Assembly (NCBI RefSeq): GCF_024502345.1 | Contig: NZ_JALDNN010000001.1 | Direction: 5' to 3' (one strand) | Length of the DNA: 64,000 bases | Source: Escherichia coli | GTDB lineage: Bacteria; Pseudomonadota; Gammaproteobacteria; Enterobacterales; Enterobacteriaceae | In this document: piece after piece, positions 1 through 10,168 of the stretch | Numbering within the stretch: position 1 is the first letter of the stretch | How the letters are laid out: the number at the start of each line of letters is the position of its first letter | Notes under the pieces: model-generated | What the model was told of the DNA's origin: nothing | What the model saw: only the letters and a program-made list of their open reading frames with translations | Databases searched by the model: none | Position numbers and translations under genes: made by a program

Positions 1-788
1 TTGCACCTGCTGCATCGCCTCTCGCTTCGACCATCGTTCAGACCCCGGACGACGCGATTGTGGCGGGCTTCACCTCTATCCCTTCACAAGGGGATAACAT
101 GCCTGCTTACCATGCCAGACCAAAGCAAAGCGATGGCCCACTGCCAGTGGTCATTGTAGTGCAGGAAATTTTTGGCGTGCATGAACATATCCGCGACATT
201 TGTCGCCGTCTGGCGCTGGAGGGGTATCTGGCTATCGCACCTGAACTTTACTTCCGCGAAGGCGATCCGAATGATTTTGCCGATATCCCCACGTTGCTTA
301 GCGGTCTGGTAGCAAAAGTGCCTGACTCGCAGGTGCTGGCCGATCTCGATCATGTCGCCAGTTGGGCTTCCCGCAACGGCGGCGATGTTCATCGTTTAAT
401 GATCACCGGATTCTGCTGGGGTGGACGTATCACCTGGCTGTATGCCGCGCATAATCCACAGCTAAAAGCCGCAGTGGCGTGGTACGGCAAACTGACGGGC
501 GACAAGTCGTTGAATTCACCGAAACAACCTGTTGATATCGCAACCGATCTTAACGCGCCGGTTCTCGGCTTATATGGCGGTCTGGATAACAGTATTCCGC
601 AGGAGAGCGTTGAAACCATGCGCCAGGCGCTGCGGGCTGCTAATGCGAAAGCAGAGATTATCGTGTACCCGGATGCCGGGCATGCATTCAACGCTGATTA
701 TCGCCCGAGCTATCATGCCGAATCTGCGAAAGATGGCTGGCAGCGTATGCTGGAATGGTTTAAGCAGTATGGTGGGAAGCGGAGTTAG
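1..788 (+). CDS. ysgA: Dienelactone hydrolase family protein, 5' end outside window
   Basis: Open frame runs from window edge (..APAASPLASTIVQTPDDAIVAGFTSIPSQGDN..) to stop at 788; alpha/beta hydrolase with GFCWGG nucleophile elbow; K-12 synteny next to metE. Confidence 0.85.
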   Translation, partial: APAASPLASTIVQTPDDAIVAGFTSIPSQGDNMPAYHARPKQSDGPLPVVIVVQEIFGVHEHIRDICRRLALEGYLAIAPELYFREGDPNDFADIPTLLSGLVAKVPDSQVLADLDHVASWASRNGGDVHRLMITGFCWGGRITWLYAAHNPQLKAAVAWYGKLTGDKSLNSPKQPVDIATDLNAPVLGLYGGLDNSIPQESVETMRQALRAANAKAEIIVYPDAGHAFNADYRPSYHAESAKDGWQRMLEWFKQYGGKRS

Positions 789-1181
789 TTTCCTCTTAGT
801 CTATATTTGAGATGGTGAGTGAACGAGTGCGTTTTGCTGCCATCTCTGTCCCCCAAAAAATAATCAGTATGAATTGATTGGAGATTACGACTCCGCTATT
901 TGACCTTAAAAAAGTCGGCAAGTCATAGTCATAAATGAGTCTCTTCAATGGAAGACACCTTAGAGATTTACCATCAACTCCCATTCACAAACAAACATTA
1001 ATTATTATCAACACATTCACATTAATTATAAATCATCTCAGACCTTCCTGATAAAAAGATATTAAAGTGAAACATTTTGTTTTTCACATTTTAGTTCATC
1101 ACTTTTAGGCGTAAATAAAGGTAAAAAAAACAACAATACTATTTCTCTTTCACAAAAGAATTAACAAAAGGTTTTTCAAGG

Positions 1182-1657
1182 ATGAGTGATATTATTTACC
1201 TGACCATAACCGGAGAACAACAAGGATGTATTTCCTCTCGTTGTGGAACGAGCGCATCAATAGGTAATCGCTGGCAGATTGGCCATGATGATGAAATCTT
1301 CGCGTTCTCGCTCTCTAATAGTATTACGAATACAGGCAAAGGGTCATAATTGCATGGCCTTAGTTTCTGTAAATTGATTGACAAAAGCTCCCCGTTACTT
1401 ATTAACGCTATTAACAATAACGAGCAGTTGTTCATGGAGTTTGACTTCTATCGGATCAATAGGTTTGGTCGATGGGAGAAATATTACAACATTCAACTCC
1501 GCGGCGCGCTCTTATCAGCAATCAATCACCTGTTTACTGAGAACAATCTGGATACAGAAGCCATCACTGTCAGTTATGAATATATACTCTCCAGGCATCT
1601 GATTGCTAATACTGAATTTAGTTATTTGGCATTTCCCGATAACTACAACCGTCTGTT
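1182..1657 (+). pseudogene. hcp: T6SS Hcp-family tube protein gene, disrupted by in-frame TAA (1347-1349) and truncated at 1657 by IS903-like insertion
   Basis: Translation MSDIIYLTITGEQQGCISSRCGTSASIGNRWQIGHDDEIF..GKGS*LHGLSFCKLIDKSSPLLINAINNNEQLFMEFDFYRINRFG.. matches Hcp family signature (KLIDKSSP, FxFYRIN); N- and C-parts are in the same frame separated by TAA. Confidence 0.7.
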
Positions 1658-2714
1658 GGCTTTGTTGAATAAATCGAACTTTTGCTGAGTTGAAGGATCA
1701 GATCACGTATCTTCCCGACAACGCAGACCGTTCCGTGGCAAAGCAAAAGTTCAAAATCACCAACTGGCCCACCTACAATAAAGCCCTCATCAACCGTGGC
1801 TCCATAACTTTCTGGCTGGATGATGAAGCTATTCAGGCCTGGTATGAGTCAGCAACACCTTCTTCACGAGGCAGACCTCAGCGCTATTCTGACCTTGCCA
1901 TCACGACTGTGCTGGTCATTAAACGCGTATTCAGGCTGACCCTGCGCGCTGCGCAGGGCTTTATTGATTCCATTTTTTCTCTGATGAACGTTCCGCTACG
2001 CTGCCCGGATTACAGCTGTGTCAGCAGGCGGGCAAAGTCGGTTAATGTCAGTTTCAAAACGCCCACCCGGGGTGAAATCGCACACCTGGTAATTGATTCC
2101 ACCGGGCTGAAGGTCTTCGGTGAAGGCGAGTGGAAAGTCAAAAAGCATGGCCAGGAACGCCGCCGTATCTGGCGTAAGCTGCATCTCGCCGTTGACAGTA
2201 AAACACATGAAATCATCTGCGCTGACCTGTCGCTGAACAACGTTACGGACTCAGAGGCCTTCCCCGGGTTAATCCGGCAAACCCACCGGAAAATCAGGTC
2301 AGCCGCCGCCGATGGCGCTTACGATACCCGGCTATGTCACGATGAACTGCGGCGTAAGAAAATCAGCGCGCTTATCCCTCCCCGAAAAGGTGCGGGTTAC
2401 TGGCCCGGTGAATATGCAGACCGTAACCGTGCAGTGGCTAATCAGCGAATGACCGGGAGTAATGCGCGGTGGAAATGGACAACAGATTACAACCGTCGCT
2501 CGATAGCGGAAACGGCGATGTACCGGGTAAAACAGCTGTTCGGGGGTTCACTGACACTGCGTGACTACGATGGTCAGGTTGCAGAGGCTATGGCCCTGGT
2601 ACGAGCGCTGAACAAAATGACGAAAGCAGGTATGCCTGAAAGCGTGCGTATTGCCTGAAAACACAACCCGCTACGGGGGAGACTTACCCGAAATCTGATT
2701 TATTCAACAAAGCC
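1658..2714 (+). mobile_element. IS903-family (IS5 family) insertion sequence, 1057 bp, 18-bp terminal inverted repeats, flanked by 9-bp direct target duplication CCGTCTGTT (1649-1657 and 2715-2723)
   Basis: Left end GGCTTTGTTGAATAAATCG at 1658, right end GATTTATTCAACAAAGCC ending 2714; identical 9-mers on both flanks read directly from sequence; single DDE transposase ORF inside. Confidence 0.9.
1735..2658 (+). CDS. IS903-family DDE transposase (307 aa if GTG start at 1735; six-frame ORF extends to 1690)
   Basis: IS5-family transposase motifs (DSTGLKVFGEGEWKVKKHG..RRIWRKLHLAVD); lies inside the inverted-repeat-bounded element. Confidence 0.8.
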   Translation: MAKQKFKITNWPTYNKALINRGSITFWLDDEAIQAWYESATPSSRGRPQRYSDLAITTVLVIKRVFRLTLRAAQGFIDSIFSLMNVPLRCPDYSCVSRRAKSVNVSFKTPTRGEIAHLVIDSTGLKVFGEGEWKVKKHGQERRRIWRKLHLAVDSKTHEIICADLSLNNVTDSEAFPGLIRQTHRKIRSAAADGAYDTRLCHDELRRKKISALIPPRKGAGYWPGEYADRNRAVANQRMTGSNARWKWTTDYNRRSIAETAMYRVKQLFGGSLTLRDYDGQVAEAMALVRALNKMTKAGMPESVRIA

Positions 2715-2852
2715 CCGTCTGTTTATACCACGGCCAAAAACTAAAGCTGGTAATGGTTCAAAACACTTAATAGTAAAGCGGTTGGCAGACTGCTTGCTGC
2801 TGGCGGCATATACAATGGGAATATCGAAGGATTCAGGGAAACAGCAGACAAG

Positions 2853-3395
2853 TTGGGGGGAGATGCACCTGCTGGTTACGATCAATTTATGGATAACAAA
2901 GGGTTACTCATCGCTGGTGCTTCAATAGTTGCTGGAGCAGTTCTGGGGAGAATGAGACTCCCTGATTTGGAATCACTTGAGCATTTCGGAGCCAGAGGAG
3001 CAGTATCAGGAAGACCATTTAATCCCGACCTTGCCGGTGGTCCAATAGAAAATCTGACGACAGATGGCGTAACAATCAACAGGGAAGGTATCGCTATTGT
3101 TGAAAAACACATAGCCAGATTTGGTCATGACCCTGTAAATGAAGTGATGATCAATAGACTGAAAGACATTGAGAAAGGAAAAATCCCCCCAGAACAAGTA
3201 GATCTTAACTTCTATACTCATGAGTGTCGGGAATATCAGCGTTACTGTAATCTTGGTTGGGAAACAGGACAACCTGATGGTGACGCAGGCTATGCACTCT
3301 GGAATCATACGCATACTGCTACTCTAGAAGATTATAAACTTAAGGGAGAACTTAATGACTTATACCACCAGGATGCACTTGACTATGATAACTGA
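2853..3395 (+). CDS. Orphan toxin-like C-terminal domain ORF (possible extension domain of the disrupted Hcp, Hcp-ET type); frame is open back to 2754 without ATG
   Basis: 180-aa ORF with TTG start and no ATG upstream in frame, directly downstream of hcp/IS; overlaps the next small ORF; no catalytic motif recognised by eye. Confidence 0.35.
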   Translation: MGGDAPAGYDQFMDNKGLLIAGASIVAGAVLGRMRLPDLESLEHFGARGAVSGRPFNPDLAGGPIENLTTDGVTINREGIAIVEKHIARFGHDPVNEVMINRLKDIEKGKIPPEQVDLNFYTHECREYQRYCNLGWETGQPDGDAGYALWNHTHTATLEDYKLKGELNDLYHQDALDYDN

Positions 3396-3630
3396 AACTG
3401 AAATTAACGTACTGAAAGTTATGGCTGAGAAAGATATAAACTGGAACTGGATGAATCTCGATCGCACACTATCCATAAGGCAAATTCCAGGATTCGGTAA
3501 TGTTGTTAACATTGTTAACAAATTAGCTAACGAGGGTTTGGTTATTATTGAGGATAGCGGACATAAGTCTATGCCTCACTACCACGTTACTGAAAAGGGA
3601 TACAATTTCGTGAAAAGTGAGAATAAATAA
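3385..3630 (+). CDS. Small ORF in immunity-protein position (81 aa from ATG 3385; alternative start 3355)
   Basis: ATG overlaps the last codons of the upstream ORF (ATGATAACTGA arrangement), typical of translationally coupled toxin-immunity pairs; function not recognisable. Confidence 0.3.
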   Translation: MITETEINVLKVMAEKDINWNWMNLDRTLSIRQIPGFGNVVNIVNKLANEGLVIIEDSGHKSMPHYHVTEKGYNFVKSENK

Positions 3631-3776
3631 CGTAGCGTTGATTACTGAACAAATCGCTCAGGATTATATTTTGCGTAAAAATGATTCGGTTATTTCTGTA
3701 TCTGAACGGGCGCAGATAGCAAAATGGCTTCCGGTGATGGAAGCCATCAGATTATTGGCAAAGTGCGCGTTGTTCA

Positions 3777-3808
3777 TGCCGGATGCGGCGTGAACGCCTT
3801 GTCCGGCC
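3777..3808. repeat. REP (repetitive extragenic palindrome) element
   Basis: GCCGGATGCGGCGTGAACGCCTTGTCCGGCC palindromic unit. Confidence 0.6.
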
Positions 3809-3914
3809 AACAAAACTCAAAAATTCAATAAATTGCATAAATTATGTAGGCCTGGTATCAGGCAGTTTTGCCTCTTTCATCGTACTGCAATTTACAGTGA
3901 CTCGTTAATATTCA

Positions 3915-6176
3915 TCATCCCCGACGCAAATTCTGCGCCGCCTGCACCATGTTCGCCAGTGCCGCGCGGGTTTCTGGCCAGCCGCGCGTTTTCAGGCCAC
4001 AGTCCGGGTTGACCCACAGGCGCTCTGCCGGAATGCGTTTTGCCGCTTTCTTCAGCAAGGCTTCAATCCATTCCACGCTCGGTACGTTTGGCGAGTGAAT
4101 GTCATAGACGCCTGGACCGATTTCATTCGGATAATCAAACTCTTCAAACGACTCCAGCAACTCCATGTCGGAACGCGAGGTTTCGATGGTGATGACGTCT
4201 GCATCCAGTGCCGCAATCGAATCCATGATGTCGTTGAACTCGCAATAACACATGTGAGTGTGGATTTGTGTGTCATCTTTCGCCACGGCGGCGTTGATAC
4301 GGAAGGCCTCCACGCCCCACTGGAGATATGCATCCCAGTCGCTACGACGCAGCGGTAAACCTTCGCGCAGCGCCGGTTCATCAATCTGGATGATGCCAAT
4401 TCCTGCGGCTTCCAGGTCCGCCACTTCATCACGCAGCGCCAGCGCAATTTGTTTGGCGATGGTTTCACGGCTGACATCTTCACGCGGGAACGACCAGCAG
4501 AGAATGGTCACCGGGCCAGTCAGCATCCCTTTCACCGGTTTATCAGTCAGAGATTGCGCATACTTCGCCCACTCCACGGTAATCGGTGCCGGGCGGCTAA
4601 TGTCACCAATGACAATCGGTGGCTTCACGCAGCGGGAACCGTAGCTCTGTACCCAACCGTTTTGCGTAAAGACAAATCCGTCGAGGTGCTCGCCAAAGTA
4701 TTCCACCATGTCATTACGCTCGGCCTCGCCATGTACCAGCACATCCAGTCCCAAACGTTCCTGTTCAACAATGGCCTGCTTGATATGTTCCGCAATGCCC
4801 GTGCGGTAGTTGTTGGCGTCGAGATTACCCTTTTTGAAATCCAGACGCAGGGTACGAATTTCCGTGGTTTGCGGGAAGGAACCAATCGTGGTGGTCGGCC
4901 ACGCTGGCAGTTTAAAACGCGCACGCTGGGCTTCGGCACGCACTTCATAGACATTCGCACGCTGGCTGTCCTGGGCGGTGATCGCCGCCAGACGCTTTTC
5001 TACTGCCGGGTTATGTACACGAGTAGAGTGACGACGCGCCTGAATTGGAGCGCTCCACTCTGCCAGAGCTGCCGTATCACCACTGTTCAGCGCATCTCGC
5101 AGCAGTGCCAGTTCATGACATTTTTGCAGGGCGAAGGCAAACCAGCTTTTCACTTCTGCATCAAGACGCGTTTCCACGCTCAGGTCGATGGGGCTGTGCA
5201 GCAACGAGCAGGAAGATGCCACCCACAAATCACGTTTGCCGACAATGTCCTTAATTTGCGCATATTTCTCAGTAAGATCGGCGCGCCAGACGTTACGACC
5301 ATTGATCAGACCCGCAGACAGCAGCCAGTCAGAAGGCAGGCGCTTGTGCAGTTCAACAACGTCATCTTTACCATGTACAAGGTCCACATGCAGCCCCTGA
5401 ACAGGCAGCGCAGTAATCGTGTCGAGATTTGGCGTTACGCCTTCAAAATAGGTGGTCAGCAGCAGTTTCACCTGTCCCTGGAGCGCGTCGTAAGCGGGTT
5501 TGTATGCGTCCAGCCACGCCTGTGGTAGTTCCAGTACCAGCGCGGGTTCATCAATCTGTACCCACTCGATGCCGCGTTTCGCCAGTTCTGCCAGCACTTG
5601 CTGATAAACCGGCAGAATGTCGTTCAGCAGGCTAAGGCGGTCAAACTGTTCACCTTTCACTTTCCCCAGCCACAGGTAAGTAACCGGCCCCAGCAGCACA
5701 GGCTTAACGTTGTGGCCCAGCGCCAGCGCCTCGTCCACTTCCTCCAGCAGCTGCGTCCAGGTCAGTTTGAACTGTTGGCCTTTAACGAACTCCGGCACCA
5801 TGTAGTGATAGTTGGTGTTAAACCATTTGGTCATTTCCGCTGCCGCCGCAGGTTCGCCAGTCGGCGCACGTCCACGACCAATACGGAACAGGGTGTCGAT
5901 ATCTACCGAACCGTCTTTGTTCTGATGACGTGGCGGAACATTACCCAGCAGCAAACTGGTGGTCAGTACATGATCGTACCAGGCAAAATCGCCCACCGGC
6001 AGCAGGTCGATACCCGCTTGCTTTTGTTGATCCCAGTGACGAGCACGCAGTTCACGCCCTACTGTCAGCAGTTCTTCACGCGTGGAGTTCCCCGCCCAAT
6101 AACTTTCTTGCGCTTTTTTCAGCTCGCGACGCAGGCCAACGCGAGGGAAACCGAGGGTGTGATTCAATATTGTCAT
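3915..6176 (-). CDS. metE: Cobalamin-independent methionine synthase
   Basis: 753-aa ORF, N-terminus [29 protein letters not shown] typical of MetE; divergent from metR as in E. coli. Confidence 0.97.
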   Translation of the reverse strand: MTILNHTLGFPRVGLRRELKKAQESYWAGNSTREELLTVGRELRARHWDQQKQAGIDLLPVGDFAWYDHVLTTSLLLGNVPPRHQNKDGSVDIDTLFRIGRGRAPTGEPAAAAEMTKWFNTNYHYMVPEFVKGQQFKLTWTQLLEEVDEALALGHNVKPVLLGPVTYLWLGKVKGEQFDRLSLLNDILPVYQQVLAELAKRGIEWVQIDEPALVLELPQAWLDAYKPAYDALQGQVKLLLTTYFEGVTPNLDTITALPVQGLHVDLVHGKDDVVELHKRLPSDWLLSAGLINGRNVWRADLTEKYAQIKDIVGKRDLWVASSCSLLHSPIDLSVETRLDAEVKSWFAFALQKCHELALLRDALNSGDTAALAEWSAPIQARRHSTRVHNPAVEKRLAAITAQDSQRANVYEVRAEAQRARFKLPAWPTTTIGSFPQTTEIRTLRLDFKKGNLDANNYRTGIAEHIKQAIVEQERLGLDVLVHGEAERNDMVEYFGEHLDGFVFTQNGWVQSYGSRCVKPPIVIGDISRPAPITVEWAKYAQSLTDKPVKGMLTGPVTILCWSFPREDVSRETIAKQIALALRDEVADLEAAGIGIIQIDEPALREGLPLRRSDWDAYLQWGVEAFRINAAVAKDDTQIHTHMCYCEFNDIMDSIAALDADVITIETSRSDMELLESFEEFDYPNEIGPGVYDIHSPNVPSVEWIEALLKKAAKRIPAERLWVNPDCGLKTRGWPETRAALANMVQAAQNLRRG

Positions 6177-6411
6177 TTTTCTTCCTCTAATTATATGTAA
6201 ATCCTATGGATTTTGAATTTAGGGAAGGCGGCAAGTTTATTCATCCCCGGGAGCTTACTGAAGTAAGTGACCGGGGTGGAGAAACGCAGCCAACGCACCA
6301 TAAATTTAAAAGACGAAGGATTTTAGCCGTCCAGATGTTTACACATCCATAATTGGCGGTTACTGTATATTCCTCAAGCGCAAATTATTCATGCCGAAGT
6401 GAAGGACTTTC
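6177..6411. promoter_or_regulatory. Divergent metE-metR control region (expected MetR and MetJ operator sites); individual sites not resolved
   Basis: Position between divergently transcribed metE and metR; contains a composite palindrome CCCCGGGAGCTTACTGAAGTAAGTGACCGGGG. Confidence 0.4.
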
Positions 6412-7365
6412 ATGATCGAAGTAAAACACCTGAAAACGCTACAAGCGTTGCGGAACTGCGGCTCTCTCGCAGCCGCTGCGGCGACGTTGCATCAGACGCA
6501 ATCCGCCCTGTCTCACCAGTTTAGCGATCTGGAACAACGCCTTGGCTTCCGGCTATTTGTGCGTAAGAGCCAGCCGCTACGCTTTACACCGCAGGGAGAA
6601 ATCCTGTTGCAACTGGCAAACCAGGTGCTGCCGCAAATCAGCCAGGCACTGCAAGCCTGCAATGAACCGCAGCAGACGCGTCTGCGCATTGCCATTGAGT
6701 GCCATAGCTGTATTCAGTGGCTGACGCCCGCGTTAGAAAATTTCCATAAGAACTGGCCGCAGGTAGAGATGGATTTTAAATCGGGCGTGACGTTTGACCC
6801 GCAGCCCGCGTTGCAACAGGGCGAGCTGGATCTGGTGATGACCTCCGATATCCTGCCGCGCAGTGGCCTGCATTATTCGCCGATGTTCGATTATGAAGTA
6901 CGCCTGGTGTTAGCACCTGACCATCCACTGGCGGCAAAAACGCGTATTACACCGGAAGATCTCGCCAGCGAGACGCTATTAATTTATCCGGTGCAGCGTA
7001 GTCGACTGGATGTCTGGCGGCATTTTCTTCAGCCGGCAGGCGTCAGCCCGTCACTGAAAAGCGTCGATAACACCTTATTGTTGATTCAGATGGTTGCCGC
7101 GCGGATGGGTATTGCCGCGCTACCGCATTGGGTAGTAGAGAGTTTTGAGCGCCAGGGTCTGGTGGTGACCAAAACCCTGGGCGAAGGCTTGTGGAGCCGA
7201 CTGTACGCCGCCGTGCGCGATGGCGAGCAGCGTCAGCCAGTTACGGAAGCGTTTATTCGCTCAGCGCGCAATCACGCCTGCGATCATCTGCCGTTTGTGA
7301 AGAGCGCGGAGCGACCCACTTACGATGCACCCACAGTGAGGCCAGGATCACCAGCGCGCCTGTAA
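6412..7365 (+). CDS. metR: LysR-family transcriptional activator of metE/metH
   Basis: 317-aa ORF with N-terminal LysR helix-turn-helix; divergent from metE. Confidence 0.95.
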
Positions 7366-8152
7366 TAAACGTTGGCCAGTGCGGCTGTTGGTGCCAGATA
7401 GCCAGGTTAACCAGCAGCCCTGCCGGAACGTGCATATTATTCATAATGCCCAGCGTTCCGGCGTCCACCTGCGTCGCGCCGTAGTTCCACATAAAGTAGC
7501 CAATCCCGGAAGCCACCACGCCAAGAAACACCAGAATGCCCCATTGCAACGTGGTTTGCGGCATTTTCTGCGCATTTCCCAGCAAGAACCATGCAATTAC
7601 CGCCACCAGGAACGCGCCAAGATAGAACCACGCAAAGGCGTTATGCTGCGGCATCGGGCGAGTTTCCATCAGGCGTTTGTAACCCACCATGCCGATGGCA
7701 AAAGTGATATTGGAGAGTTGCACCAGCAACAAGCCAGTCCAGAAATGGTCGGTGACCTGATCATAGCGAATAATCCCGGCACCAATCACCGCCAACAAGG
7801 CACTAAAAGCATATCCCCAGCGCAGACGGCGCTTACTCATGATGTCATAAATCAGCGTGATGTAGAGCGGCGTCAGTACGGTGAACAGCAGCAGTTCGGA
7901 AACCGTCAGGTAGAGATAAGCGCGGAAACTCAGCATATACATCACGCCGAGCTGCATCGCGCCCACCAGCATATACAGGCCGACTGTTTTCAGGCTATTG
8001 CCACGGGTACGCAGAAACGGCAGAAAAACGAGTGCCGCCAGGCCAACGCGCACCAGCACCGCAAAATAGCTATCGACGTGCCCCGCAAGGTACTCGCCAT
8101 AAAAGCTAAAGGAGAAGGCCCACAGAATCGTGGTGATGATAAGTAGCGCCAC
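7253..8152 (-). CDS. yigM: EamA/DMT-family inner membrane transporter (biotin transporter YigM)
   Basis: 299-aa polytopic membrane ORF; K-12 synteny; 3' end overlaps the metR 3' end convergently. Confidence 0.85.
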
Positions 8153-8227
8153 AATGGAAAACTCTTTGATTAACGAGTATCCATTGTAGCGAAGTATCAG
8201 GTTGACAACTGACCAAATAAAGAACGA

Positions 8228-9028
8228 TTACGATAAATAGAGTTTACGCAGATAATGCGGCACCGCGTCGTCGGCATTAGTACCAATCACTTCCAGCTCG
8301 GGATGAAGGTCTTTCAGACGCTGGTGCGCACTGCCCATAATGCAGCCTTTCCCCGCCATCGACAGCATTTCGGCATCGTTCATCCCGTCACCAAACGCAA
8401 TACAATCCTTCAGGCTGTAGCCCAGTTTCTTCGCCACCGCTTCCAGCGCATGGCCTTTTGAAACGCCGCCCGCCATCACTTCCAGACAGGTTAAGGTAGA
8501 GAAACTAACGTTGACGCGATCGCCCCAACGAGCGTTAATCGCCTGCTCCAGCGGCAGCAGTTGTTCATGGGAATCGCAGGTGAAGAACACTTTGCTGACG
8601 CCTTCCGGCTCCAGTAATCCAGGCTCATACAGCGCATATTTGAACACCGCTTCTTTAAAAAAGCGCATCTCTTCCGGGCGATGGCGATTCATAAACCATT
8701 CGTCGTCGCGATAAACGTTAGTAATGATGTCCGGATTGTCGTTGACTACGCCAAACAGATCGCTGGCAATGTCGCGATCCAGGTTATGAGCAAAAATCAG
8801 ATTGCCATCCAGATCGTGAACGCGCGCGCCGTTGGAGGTGATCATGTACGACTTGATCTCCAGATTATCGCGAATTTGCCCCACATCAACGTGGTGACGA
8901 CCGGTCGCAAACACAAAGTTGATGCCGCGCGCGGTGAGCAGCTTCAGGGTTTCTTTGGCGTAAGGGGATAACGTATGGTCGGGAGAAAGTAACGTGCCAT
9001 CTAAATCAGACGCAACAACCTGGTACAT
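8228..9028 (-). CDS. yigL: HAD-family Cof-type sugar/pyridoxal phosphate phosphatase
   Basis: Start taken at MYQVVASDLDGTLL (HAD motif I DxDGT); longer six-frame ORF to 9154 rejected; downstream of pldB in same orientation. Confidence 0.85.
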   Translation of the reverse strand: MYQVVASDLDGTLLSPDHTLSPYAKETLKLLTARGINFVFATGRHHVDVGQIRDNLEIKSYMITSNGARVHDLDGNLIFAHNLDRDIASDLFGVVNDNPDIITNVYRDDEWFMNRHRPEEMRFFKEAVFKYALYEPGLLEPEGVSKVFFTCDSHEQLLPLEQAINARWGDRVNVSFSTLTCLEVMAGGVSKGHALEAVAKKLGYSLKDCIAFGDGMNDAEMLSMAGKGCIMGSAHQRLKDLHPELEVIGTNADDAVPHYLRKLYLS

Positions 9029-9035
9029 AAGAAAT

Positions 9036-10058
9036 TTAAACCTCTGTAGAGCGGTTTCCGCTGGGTGAGTTATGCCTGTTGAAAAAATCAACAATGGCGT
9101 GGAGCGCGACTGAGCGCATTGCGTCCTTTTCAAAAAGGATCTCATGGTAAGCACCTTTAATTACCAACGGTCGTCCTCCTTCGACAGGATGGCCCGCGGC
9201 GGTGCGGAGTTCACAAAAACGGTCATGCATGCGGTTATCCACCACGCGTTCCTCTTCAGCCTGCAAGAGAAGCGTTGGCGTGGCGTCATCACCCGCACCG
9301 GCTAACACCTGTTCGCCAGCCAGAATACTTTCGCGTACCCAATGGTAGGTCGGCCCACCGACGCGAATCGTTGGGTCATCAGCATAGAAGCGTAAGTTAC
9401 GTCGATATCGCTGTCTGCTGTGGGTCAGTACGTTGATAGCAAACGGCAACGCGCGCCAGCGCCCGGTGCCTATTGCATAGCCATCACGGAAACGTGGATG
9501 CGCTTCGGCCCAGTTGAGGATCTGCCGTGCCATAAATGACGGCATACGAATCACGATCCCAAACATTGGCGCAGTTAGCGCAATGGCGTCACATACACCT
9601 GGATGGCGTTGCAGAAATAATGTGGAGATCGCACCGCCCATCGAATGTGCCAGTATATAGCGTTTACGCCACGGACCGGGCTGGACCTCCTGTTGCCAGA
9701 ATGCCGCCAGATCATCAACATAATCATTAAAGCGATTAACATGCCCGAGATGCGGATCGGCTAACAGGCGACCGGAACGTCCCTGCCCGCGATGGTCGAT
9801 GATTAAGACATCAAACCCCAAATGGAACAAATCGTAGGCCAGTTCCGCATATTTTACGTAGCTCTCAATACGCCCCGGGCAGATGACTACCACCCGGTCA
9901 TGGTGCTGTGCGCGAAAACGGACAAAGCGCACCGGAATGTCATCCACACCAGTAAACTCTGCTTCATCACGCTGACGCCAGAAATCAGTCAGCGGTCCCA
10001 TGGTAAAAGCAGCAAACGCGTTTTCTCTTGTTTCCCAGTCTTTTTGCTGTTGAAACAT
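9036..10058 (-). CDS. pldB: Lysophospholipase L2
   Basis: 340-aa alpha/beta hydrolase with HSMGG nucleophile motif; synteny. Confidence 0.9.
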   Translation of the reverse strand: MFQQQKDWETRENAFAAFTMGPLTDFWRQRDEAEFTGVDDIPVRFVRFRAQHHDRVVVICPGRIESYVKYAELAYDLFHLGFDVLIIDHRGQGRSGRLLADPHLGHVNRFNDYVDDLAAFWQQEVQPGPWRKRYILAHSMGGAISTLFLQRHPGVCDAIALTAPMFGIVIRMPSFMARQILNWAEAHPRFRDGYAIGTGRWRALPFAINVLTHSRQRYRRNLRFYADDPTIRVGGPTYHWVRESILAGEQVLAGAGDDATPTLLLQAEEERVVDNRMHDRFCELRTAAGHPVEGGRPLVIKGAYHEILFEKDAMRSVALHAIVDFFNRHNSPSGNRSTEV

Positions 10059-10168
10059 CGGGTAATCTGCCTCTTAAACCACGTAAAATCGTTTTTTTTA
10101 GCGTGCCTGACACAACGCTGCGACAGTAGCGTATTGTGGCACAAAAATAGACACACCGGGAGTTCATC

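Noticed and set aside
4449-5528. 359-aa plus-strand ORF inside metE
   Set aside because: Antisense to a well-supported gene; no independent start context; typical spurious open frame opposite a long coding region.
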